A stretch of 64,000 bases of DNA, taken from contig OZ037770.1 of assembly GCA_964035545.1 (NCBI GenBank), forward strand, positions 3,504,662 through 3,568,661. The letters are read 5' to 3'. Source of the stretch: Bugula neritina (Eukaryota > Animalia > Bryozoa). Under the pieces are notes generated by a model. That model saw only the letters and a list, made by a program, of their open reading frames with translations. It was not told where the DNA came from and did no database searches. Made by a program: the position numbers and the translations under genes. Shown piece by piece: positions 53,101-64,000 of the stretch (positions are counted from its first letter, which is position 1; the number at the start of each line of letters is the position of its first letter).

Positions 53101-56100
53101 CCTGTAACATAAGATGTACTTTTCTGGTGCACATAGTTTCTTTACTCAGTAAATCTTAGCATTCTATCACAAAGTGCCAGTTTACAAATGAACTTCAAAT
53201 TAAAATGTCCTTTAAATAGAATATGTTAATAAAACATACAAACTTAGACCAGAGTATTAGTAATGTTGATGTTAATGAACACGAATATGGCATTGTGATG
53301 TCTTATTAACTTGTATTGCAGATGGTATTGAAAGATGTGTTGGATTTAGCAAAGAAAGTGTTGACTTTGAAGTTGTCTTCCCTTTCCTCGTCACACAAAC
53401 AGCTGATATACAGAGCTGTGTTCATGGTTACTTCAGTCATTCTGATTTTGATACTTCGAGTTGGTGTCATGGGGGCACAACTACCTGTATTTACCACGTG
53501 AGTTATGAAATCGTCTATAAGCAGCTCCGAGTTCGGGGTGACTGAGTGCAGTAATTTGAGATTCTCAATTTTGGAGCTGGGGGTTCCAACCTGAAGGCCT
53601 AGCCTCACGCTTGTGAGAATCACAAGGAATTTCGTGACGATTTTCGTGAGTTTTCCTCTCGTTATGACCAGCCACACACTCGTTCGACGAAAAACATATT
53701 AAACAGCTTGTGGATAAGTCTTGCACAAGGTACAAACAGCAACGATTCTCTATTGTCAAATAGATAATCGTAGTAAAAATGAAATAATTGCTAAAATTCT
53801 ATTGACCAAATAAATGGTAAGCTACTTATTGTCGATTGTGATTTTTTGTCCATTGTTGTGTACACCCAACGAAAACGATTTCGTTTGAATTCCCTCACTT
53901 TTCCTCGTTCGATTATTTTTTTCGTGTCAAATAGACAATTTCGTGGCCAGACCTTAAGAGTGCCAGTGTGTAAAATCAAGTAACAACCTGAGAGATAGTT
54001 AAAATAACAAAAGAAACATAGTATATGCCCTAACAGTGCTTATACTTCCTCCTGTTGAAGTTAAACTGTTAGAGAAACGAGGTAGAAATCAAATAATTAC
54101 TGTTGCTAAATTTCTGTTGACCAATCAAATGGTGTTTATCGTTGATTGTAATTTTTCTTCCATCATCTTCGTTGTGTACACCCAACGAAGATGATTTCGT
54201 TTGAATTCCCTCAAATTTTCTCGTACGAATGTTTTTTCGTGTTAAATAGACGTCTTCGTTTGATTCTCCTGAGTGGGTGGCAAGTCCTCATCTTCCAACT
54301 ACTGCACTCAGTTACCCAGTAAGCAGAGCTGCCTATCCGTGAGGTATAATGTTGGGTTGATAAATATTGTTTCATGTAAGTAAAATTTCATTCCAAGTTC
54401 TTATAAATTTAGCATTAGCAAGTCTGCACTGTTGACAAATTCTTTTTAACAAAGTGTAATATCTGATTTATTTTGCGCCCTCAGCTACGTTGGAAAGTTT
54501 TGCAAAGTGACTTTATATTGTTTAGCCTGAGTGTCTGCTACTCCAGTCTTCTTACTTTTCGGGTGCCGGTTTAGCAAACCTCATTTTCTAGACGTTTTCA
54601 GGAAATTTTTTTTTCAACCAATTTGCACTAATCAGTGATTTCCAAATCAATACTTGATGCAAAAATTGTTGTGTAGTTTGGAAATTCAGTCAATTTGTGT
54701 TATAGCCTCAGTCCTAACCCTAGTTTACAGAGTTTGGTAGATCTCAGACTTGCTTTATTATTAGTAAAACGAAGCTGTAAATGCTATACTCTCCTCATAA
54801 TATTCTCCCTTCTGTTTATTCTGTAGATTTGATAACCCAGCTAGTAATGAGACAATTCCGTACAGACAACTGACTTACAACTATCTAGTAGCTGTTAACA
54901 TGTGCTTGCTGGTATGCCCCGCCTACCTCTGCTGTGATTGGTCAATGGGTACTGTGCCTGTCATACAGTCCTTTCTAGACTATAGGAATGTGTGTACAGT
55001 TGCAGCATATATAGCAGTCTTCAGACTAGTCAAATACTCCATTCAGTTCAGATCTACCTTCTCAGACAGGATGTTTATGGTAAATAGCTCTTTATAGCTG
55101 AAAATATTTAACTTTTTGAAACTATTATGATATATTGGTGTAGTTATCTTTCCTTAGCTTACACTGTTTCACCAGTATAGTTAATGATTAAACCATTGTC
55201 TATTGTCTTGTATGTTGTAGTCATTAGTGCTGATAGTATTTCCATTTCTACCTGCCAGCAACCTGTTCTTCCCTGTCGGCTTTGTTATAGCTGAGAGAGT
55301 GCTTTATATACCTAGCTTAGGATACTGTCTTTTGATTGGCTCAGTATTCACCTACCTGTATAACCAACATAGGTAAATATACATATCTGTGTGTGTGTGC
55401 GTGCGTGCGTGCGTGTGTGTGTGTGTGATAGCGCGCGCGTGTGTGATGGCGCGCTCGTGTGTGATTGTGCGCGTGTGTGTGATAGTGCGTGTGTGTGTGT
55501 ATCAGTGTTGCCATGGCGTAATGGTAATTGGTTGTAATAAGTTAATTTTTTTAATTAAATGAGTGTAATTTTTCTATTTGTCCCTTGTGAAGACAAAAAT
55601 AATTGTAATTACATTACATTAGCATATAATTGTAGTTAATTACATCAATTTTAACTGTAATTATAACTGTAATTGACAAATTTTCATTTAATTGTAATTT
55701 TAATTAATTAAATTCATATGTTATTGGCCCCAACCCTGGTATATATATACTTGTATATGTGTCCATATAAGGTGTGTTCATATAAGGCGTGCGTGTGTCT
55801 TCGTGCCTATGTGTGTGCGTGTGTGTGCTTGCGTGCATTCCCATGTATATAACTATTATTTTGAAGTTCTAATCTCCATATTTAAAAACATAATTTGCAT
55901 ATTTTTAACCTCCCTTTTAATTAGGAAGGAAATATATAAACTATTATTATAAACTGTTGTACTATATCATAGTTGTTATGATGTTATATTATATAACTAC
56001 TTCTCTTGTAGACAGTCTATATACAGGTATATCCTAGCAGGGAGTTATCTTCTCCTCATTATCTCTGGTCTCATGAGAACTGTGTCCAGGAATAAAGATT

Positions 56101-59100
56101 GGGAGAATGATTACTCATTATTCAACTCTGCTTTGAGGTTAGTTACATTCTATTATATAACATTCATTAGTACGAATTCTATTACAATTATATATTATAT
56201 AATTACATTGTTATATTAGAAATAATTAATTAATTAATTAAAACAATTTATTATAATATTATTTTATTATAATTTAGTTTGACATTGTTTTGTGACTTAT
56301 TGTTGCAGCTGTAAACAGTAAGCTCCAGTAACTGATAATGTAAACAAACTACAAAGTAAATAGGTAGCTATGATGTCACAATAAACTATAATAGTAATAT
56401 AGAGTAGTATTGTATAGTAGTTGACAGGAAATGATGTAATAATGTAAGATGAGTCATCATGTTTAAGAGAGTTGAAAAACTGAAATATGGATTCAACTTG
56501 TTCACTTAGGAATAGTTGAATTCAGAAATATTTGTCTATTCTGAGTTGTAGTATTAACAAGGTATAAGGTTATTATATTACATTATATTATATATAATAT
56601 TATAGTATATTGTATCATATATCATATTATTTATATATAATATTATGTTATATATAATATTATATATAATATCATGTTATATATAAAAGTATATATATAA
56701 TATATATAATCTAATATTATATTATATATAACAGTATTTTATAGCAAACTTTTAGCAAAATGCTTAACACTTCTCAGCTATCTCTCCGAGGTTCTACATC
56801 TCACTGTTATATAAGCAACAGAATAAAGGTGCTGCTCATTGTTACTGACAGCTTGTGATATTCATTCTACTCAAAGCTAAATTTTGCTGCTACTCATTTA
56901 GTACACCTGCACCTGTAACATGGATGTCAACATGTTTTCATGACAAATCTTCTCATTCCATACGTTTAAATTTTAGATTTACTGAGCAGAATGCTAAAGC
57001 GTGGAACAATGTGGGACACTCTCTTGAATCGGAGGGAAAGTTTGAAGAAGCCTTGCACTATTTCTACAGAGCTGTTAGGTAGTTATCTTCTCCTACTTGT
57101 ATCTAAGATGTTATTATAAAATAAGAGATATTGTACTGCTAGTCTTACACTCATTACAACAGAGTACAGCCGGATGATATTGGGTCACACATCAATGTAG
57201 GCAGAACACTGAAGGAACTGGGAGACAACTCTGGTGCTGAAGTTGCCCTTCGTTCAGCCTTGGAGCTTCTCCCACCCGTGAAGAAAGGTGAGTCATTTAA
57301 GGATCATATCAAATGTATTTTATTGTTATTGAGATTCGGGTTAGATTTTTTAGTGTTATTGATATTTTAGTTAGGCGACACGTTTAACATGTATATTATT
57401 GTGGTGTGTATTTTCTAGGAAAGTCTTACACTGCTAGAGTTGCCCCCTCTCATCTCAAAGTGTTTCTCACACTCGGAAATCTCATCTCCCAGAATGCTTC
57501 TCGTTACTCAGAGGCTGAAATGCTCTATAAGAGAGCTATTAGCATGAGACCGGAGTTTATTGACGTATGTTAAGTATACATAAACATCTATAAGCATCTA
57601 TAAGCATGGGAACTGTAAGCATATAAATATTTTTCTGTGTGGAGGGAACCAGTTACTGCTGTTAATCTATCTAGATTATCTCAAAGTTGCTTACTTTGGC
57701 CAGTTTCACTAACAAACAAGATTTCCCTGTAAAAGTATAAAAGTTTCCTTTCAAATGTCATAGCAGAGTAATAGTTTTGAAATACAGTGCACCCTCCATA
57801 TCTCACGAATTCTCATAGGGAAGGAGAAGAGCTTGGACCGCCATTTTGTGGCTTATGTGTATGTGTAGGGACAAAATTTAACAGAACCACAAGTTGAATT
57901 TGGTATTCTACTATATCAGAAATTAAGGTTTTGGGACCCGCATCTCAGTGAGATATGGAGGGAACGGTGACGGTCATACTTTCTCCCAATTAAATGTGCT
58001 GCTTTTTGTACCATTCTGTTGAATTAAAACAATTCCGATGTTTTTTTCAGGCATATCTGAACTATGGTGAGTTGTTGATGAAAATGGGACGTAGGAAAGA
58101 AGCCTCAACCCTCTACAATAAGGCCTTAGTCTATGATAAGAGAAATGCTGACTTGTACTACAACCTAGGAGTTGTCTTCTTAGAGCTCAAGGATGCTAAG
58201 CAGGCTATGAGTCACTTTGATTTGGCTCTCTCTATCCACTCCAAGCATCAGGTATGTTAAGGCAGCGTAACAGAGGCAGCGTAGGCAGATAGGAAAATGA
58301 ATTCACCAACTGCTTTGAGTTCTTTAATTTGATTTGTCTTTTATCAAAGTTAAGAGAAGCATTTGACTTGTAATTTTGTTGTATTCTGTGGAATCAGTTT
58401 ATAAGATTTTACTGGTGAGAGTTTGAGGGTTTTCTTGTTGCTGGTTGCTTCACTTGACAAAGTTATAAGCTATTTTCTATCTAGTAATTTTATTTAATTA
58501 ATTTTACTTGTGTCCTCACCTGGGAATTGTCATCTCGTGGTAACATCTTTTTTAGTCAAACTAATATAAAGTAGAAAGTATCTATATATTGTAACATGTT
58601 GCAGTTGGCTCTCTACAACTCAGCTCTGCTCATCCAAGAGTCGGCCCAACAAGAACTTTACGGGGAGGGGCTGAGACGCCTCGATCTCCTCATTGAACTC
58701 GACCCTAAGGAACCCCGCAACTATTTCTCCGCCGCTCTGTTGGCCACCGACAGCCAGCAGTTTGCTTTGGCTGAAAGATATTTTATTCAGTGTTTAGAGG
58801 TGAGAGATTTCCCTCTAGTCTAGTCAAACGTCTTTCAGATGTTCTGACTTTTAACAACAAATTTTATTCCGAACTAAAGGCGGAGATTTTGAAGGACTTT
58901 TTGTGTGAAAAAAAACAGAATTTATTCAACTGTTCCTCAGCTTTTTATATCCTAAAACTGATTTCATTTCCTTGTATTTTGTGGTGTTCTCTTCCACTAA
59001 TATTTTCTGCTTTCCCTTCAAAACTGTGTGAGGTAAACTGAAGTTGCCCTTCTTTTTCTCTAATGCTATTTCACAGGCTGATCCTAGTTTCAAGGGAGCG

Positions 59101-61525
59101 CTATTTAACTTAGCCTTACTTCTAACAAACAGTTTACAGCGGCCGTCAGACGCCATCCCCTACCTGAATAGAAATATCCAACTATATCCTGACCATGTTA
59201 AGAGTTACCTTCTCCTGGGAGATATCGCCATAAATCATGAGAAAGACCTCCAACTGGCTGAACAGGTGAATTTCTGATGTATATTTAGTATTTCAAGTCT
59301 CCCTTGTCACTTTTAGAGTTCAAATCAACATTTGAAGAAAACTGGTGTAAAAAGCATGGCTTAGTTTTATTTATTTCTATTTATTATTAATTTGTGTTAA
59401 AATTAGAAGCAAAACAGACTTGTTAATGTTGATAATTTGATAGCGAGTAGAAAGTTGAACTGAGTGGTTCTATAAGCAGCGCCAAGTTGGGGGTAACTGA
59501 ATGCAGTAGTTTGTGTTCTCGTGTTTGGAGTTGGGGGTTTCAATAAAGCAATAAACTCCAACTCTAAAGAGAACTGCTGCACTCAGTGACCCCCAACTCA
59601 GAGCTGCTTATAGAACCATTCAGTTGAACTAGTTTACTTTGTATACATGGTATTATTTACTGCTTCCCTCAGTGTGTTGCATTTCATGTACAACCAAGTA
59701 TTTAGAAATATTAACTAATGGATATGCAACATCAAATCTATATAGGCCTCAGCTATTCAATATAAATCAATTAATTTATATAACTATACAGTTGTATATG
59801 CATATTGCTATGTAATCAATAGTAGTAGTATGAAGTACTGTATATAACAGTGTTGTACTGTGGGTAGTTAACCTATAGTATAATATTATAAGTACTTCAC
59901 ATAGTAATATGAACTCTATTTAGTCTAGTGTCTAGCTATATTCACATTTCTTCTAATCAATAGTTCACCCACCTTTCCCTCAATAACTACCATTTCTAAC
60001 TATAGATTTATTCAACATTGATGATTTAGAAATCTAAGAGTTGTCTTCCTTTGAAGACAGTTATAGTTAATCATTACGACACAGAAATTAATTAATAAAA
60101 AGGATATTGGTTTTGTCTTTTTTTTCATTTTTAAACATTCAATTTTTACTAGTTATGAATTTTTAATTATGTTTCAACTTTTATTGACCTTCTGTGTTTC
60201 TATATAATATAATGTAATATAATACCATGTTATTATGACCATTATGTTATTATAATTATATATTAAAAAGTTAGTTATATATAGTAACATAATCACAGCA
60301 CACTATCCTATATATCACAGACCAAGGCTACATATTTGCATGTTCTTCACAACTTGGTAGTAAAATACTGCTAATTACAGGCAATTATTCAGACATTACT
60401 TTCACAACTCTTTCCCCTGGTAACTATAATATGCTATTTATTGTTATCCTCCATCTCTGTGTAAGTAGTGTTTAGCTACTGTAGGTTATGAGTCTCTGCA
60501 GAGTTGACAACTTCATGTTATTGATTGCTCATATAACAGTTTATTAGTTACATCTCTATTCACACTTCATTAGTTACATCCTTCTCACATGCTGCCTGCT
60601 GTCATAGCTACTTCTGTCTTCATTTTCTAGCAGCTGCTTAACTTTGTAACTCCATTTCACTTTTGCAAAGTCCTTGAAATCTCTCGTCATACTAAACTCT
60701 TAAACAAAAAATAATGTAATTCAAAAAATTGACGTCAATTTAAATTAAAAACTTGATTTTAATTTAAATTAAAACTTTCACATATAAGCATTGAGCAATA
60801 AGTTGCACCAGATGTAGAAAATAGTATGCTTCAATTTAAAGAGACTGTTATAGATAGAAACTGGGTCCCTTGTTATACTCAGGTTACCTCTAAACTTGTC
60901 AGCTTTGAGCACTGGACCAACTATTCAATGTAGACAATTGCTAATATTCTAAGTGATGGAAGTTCTGTAAAATATTCTTTAGTGTAGTATAATTATTGCT
61001 CTTATGCATAGGCCTTCCTCAAGTAAACATTGATGTCACCAGTTTATGCCGTGATGTCACTAGTTTAGGCTGTGTTGTCTCCGATTTCTGTAGTATTTAT
61101 ATAATTAACTTATCCATTGCTTTCACTATAGAATAGAATAATCAAATAATGTAGTCATGTCAACAGTTTGCACAGTTGACATTAGTTTATATTATGGTGT
61201 CACTAGTTTATGTTGTGATGTCACTAGTTTATGTTGCGATGTCACTAGTTTGTGTGGTGATGCCACTAGTCTATGTGGTGATGTCACAAGTGTATATATA
61301 ATGAAGTCACTTGTGTTGCAGTGTTTCTCCAAAGTAAAGAGTCTAGAACCCAGTAACATCCAGGGCCAACACAACCTCTGTGTAGTCTATGTGGAGAAGG
61401 GAGAGCTGGACCTAGCCGAATCTTGTCTTGCTGCCATCATGGCTGCCGCCCCCACTGAGCATTACGTTCAGCAGCACCTTGCCATTGTCAGACAGCGTCT
61501 GGCAGATAAACTAAGACCTACCTAG
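50199..61525 (+). CDS. TMTC3: Protein O-mannosyltransferase TMTC3, 15 coding exons, about 832 aa
   Basis: Exons 50199-50387, 50867-51003, 51541-51728, 52389-52504, 53322-53497, 54827-55079, 55221-55372, 56012-56137, 56977-57078, 57163-57287, 57419-57564, 58051-58251, 58605-58799, 59077-59265, 61322-61525; all GT-AG and phase-compatible. Motifs [43 protein letters not shown]3-type TPRs [15 protein letters not shown] and [10 protein letters not shown]. Confidence 0.92.
51059..51563 (+). repeat. 38-bp minisatellite (about 13.3 copies) spanning the TMTC3 intron 2/exon 3 junction
   Basis: Unit TATTGTATACTCTCAG|GCTATGTAAAGATATACTCAAG; the AG recurs every 38 bp from 51083 to 51539. Confidence 0.95.
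51775..51983. mobile_element. Tc1/mariner-type MITE
   Basis: 22-bp perfect TIR CAGTGCTCCCTCCATATCTCAC flanked by TA on both sides. Confidence 0.88.
52551..52874. mobile_element. hAT-type MITE
   Basis: 8-bp TSD AATTACAG (52543-52550, 52875-52882), imperfect short TIRs, TGTGGCCC subterminal motifs. Confidence 0.75.
53513..54340. mobile_element. Inverted-repeat-bounded non-autonomous element with an internal ~150-bp direct repeat
   Basis: Ends AGCAGCTC..GGGTGACTGAGTGCAGTA and TACTGCACTCAGTTACCC..GAGCTGC; same family as 59460-59623. Boundaries approximate. Confidence 0.6.
55503..55738. mobile_element. hAT-like MITE within a GT-rich microsatellite
   Basis: Ends CAGTGTTG and CAACCCTG, GTAATT-rich interior, imperfect 8-bp flanks GTGTGTAT / GTATATAT. 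Confidence 0.55.
57785..57969. mobile_element. Second, inverted and more diverged copy of the Tc1/mariner MITE
   Basis: CAGTGCACCCTCCATATCTCAC ... GTGAGATATGGAGGGAAC; internal AAGAGCTTGGACC is the reverse complement of the first copy. Confidence 0.78.
59460..59623. mobile_element. Palindromic MITE
   Basis: About 45-bp imperfect TIR CTGAGTGGTTCTATAAGCAGC... / ...GCTGCTTATAGAACCATTCAG, flanked by TTGAA on both sides. Confidence 0.7.
61176..61295. repeat. 21-bp tandem repeat (GTGATGTCACTAGTTTATGTT) just upstream of the last TMTC3 exon
   Basis: About 5 degenerate copies, plus two more near 61031-61070. Confidence 0.8.
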
Positions 61526-64000
61526 TTATTTATTAGTCTATAGGGTAGTTATCTGGGATGTTATTATATTACTCTGTAAATCTACACTCACTTATCAGGA
61601 GCATTAATCATGAATCTCATTAATTCTAGAATTTATTTTTGCAAAAACCTATTCTATACTGTTTGCTAGTGCTGAGCTGGTATCGTGGATGTCTTAGCAT
61701 TTTCAGTACTGATTCTTTAGTTCTGAGCTTTTGGTGTTTTCAAATGTGTTCACTAAATACCAGAAGAAATCTTGTGTATTTTGAGGTTAAGTTACGTAGT
61801 GCTGAAAACAGCAATTACCTAAAATGTCAAGAACTTTTAATAGGCCCAAAACTTAAAAGTTGTTACCAAATACTGTTACTGGTGCAGCCCTACTATCTGC
61901 TTCACTGATAGCACAGCTCTAAAGACATTAAGTTACGGATTAGCTTAGCTTACTTCTATATTATGTATACTTAATAACTGTTGAGAATTGAACTAATGAT
62001 ATTAGAAGAGCATATATTATAAAACTAGTTTTTGTACATTTTATTTTATTGTTGAATTTCCATTTTACTATTAATTTGCTAAGCAGGGTATCATTCTAAC
62101 TACTTGAATTATGATCTGTACATTCCTACTCTGTGATGAAATAAAATATATTTTGTAAATTGACATGTTATCAGTCTTCACATCCTGTGTATGATCTGAA
62201 TCCACCTTTGATTCATAATCACTGAGGAGGTCAATTTTTGTGAATAAATACCTCTAATAACTCCAAACCAGGTGTTTATGGTTTGTGACTTGAAACTTAC
62301 TCAAGTTTGACTCTTACATGACTTGTAACTACTTGATGGTCACCCATCCTAATAAATTTCACAGCATAATAAATTACAGTATAATTTAAAACACCTTCAA
62401 TATAGTATAGGCTATCTTTTTCAGTGCATTGAACTATATATGTCATTTAGACTTAATTCTGTATACATACCATCTAGAGTTTAGACTCAGTTTTATATTA
62501 TGTTCTAGTTGTTGGGACTTTACATAAGCTGGGAAAGCTTTTCCCTAATGCATTATAGCTTTTCACATATCATCTCAGCTATGCCAGCTTTTTCCACATT
62601 CATTATAGCTACTACACAATAGCTAACTTCTTTTACTAGTATAAAAACCCAGCATTTTTCACTTGTCCACATTCTGGTCTCACACTTGCAACTTATAACT
62701 TATGATATAACCTTCTTCACATTGCTATTTTCTTTCATCATGTGATAATAAATATTTCTATACACTTAAAACACAACACTAGTTAGACTCAGTGCTATAT
62801 ACACAATTTAGACTGAGTATCATATGCTAGTTAGACTATTTGCTATGTTATTTTACAAAAAGTGGTGGTGCTAACCCCCCCCCCTATATCAGGGACTGTG
62901 GGCTGTAAGGATACCAGTCTATATTCTATTAATATGATTCAAGTGCACTTAGTTTACAGCTCCTGTCTGGAATTAGTAATTTGGAGTGGCTCTTACATAA
63001 TGGACCCTGACCTCTGAGAACTAAGGCTAATCTTATTAGTTACCTGCATGAAGAATTCAGTCTCTTTATTACTCTATATTACTCTACCTGCAGTCTACTC
63101 AAATTGTGGAGTTTATTGTGTGATTATATGAAGCCCCTCCCTGAATACCCTTCATCCACTCCTTTATACTTCTACTCACTACTTTTACTAATTACATAAT
63201 TGTTTAATCTATACTAAAGTCGAAATTTTATTGTATGTTTCTTAAGTTTTGATATGGGAGGGATTTGAAAGAAACTTATTTTGTTTCTGTAACAAAAGTT
63301 TCTCATGTAACAGTGTAACTGTGGTACTACTATATGTATATAATACTTAGATCTAGCTGTAGTGCAGTTCCATACTAAACACATATAACTTGCATATTAT
63401 ATTATATGTGTTTAATATTTAAACATGAAATAAATTGTTCTTTGTTCAACAAGTTTTATCTGGCTTTGTTCAATTTTCCCATATATTGAGTATAAAAGGC
63501 AAATTGTGAATAACTTGTATTGTCATTATTTATATAATATACAATGTGACAATTCATATGTTCTCTCACTCCACCCTTCTGAGTGAGCTTGAATATTACT
63601 TTATCTACTTGCGTGGCATTAAATTAACTATACTTCCACACCGTGACTCAACTGAATAGTATTTTATATAGTTAATAGGACTCACAATGCTATATATAAC
63701 ATATTACACGAAATAATATAATATATTCAATTCTATAATATATATTTTAATATACACACAATACAGCATACCTACACTGTTTGATATACATATATGCAAT
63801 ATGTTATTGTATTCTTTATATTTAATATATATTATAGTGCATCATATAGCATTGTGTTTTAATACACACTGTTACACAATGTAGCTTGTAAAATAAATCG
63901 TATAATACGTTATATATATTTTATATTAACATAGGTTTTTGGAATATTACTTATTTTTAGATAAAATGCTTTTTTGCACCTTAAAAGTTTGCAGGCAGGC

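Overview
AT-rich, intron-containing animal genomic DNA (probably an invertebrate; the taxon cannot be determined from sequence alone). The main feature is a minus-strand gene at about 15547-32085. It encodes a short N-terminal domain, then 14 tandem 138-nt phase-2/2 exons of two 23-aa LRRs each, then Roc GTPase and COR domains, an acidic linker, and a caspase-fold domain. The caspase catalytic QACRG motif reads EASNG. LRR variation is concentrated at the predicted ligand-binding face, and recent unequal crossovers are visible, one of which created a chimeric exon. Together these suggest a diversifying Roco-caspase immune receptor. This copy has a piggyBac-type insertion in the Roc exon and a +1 frame break before the caspase module. 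Other genes are a complete 15-exon TMTC3 (+), with one splice acceptor amplified 13 times, the last two exons of a TRIQK-like gene (+), and an orphan MFS exon. The window also holds five Ty3/Gypsy elements or fragments, all on the minus strand, three of which carry an extra C2H2 zinc-finger/coiled-coil ORF. Nested DNA transposons, MITEs, SINE-like elements and simple repeats complete it. All gene models were built by hand from splice signals and reading frames; no searches were run.
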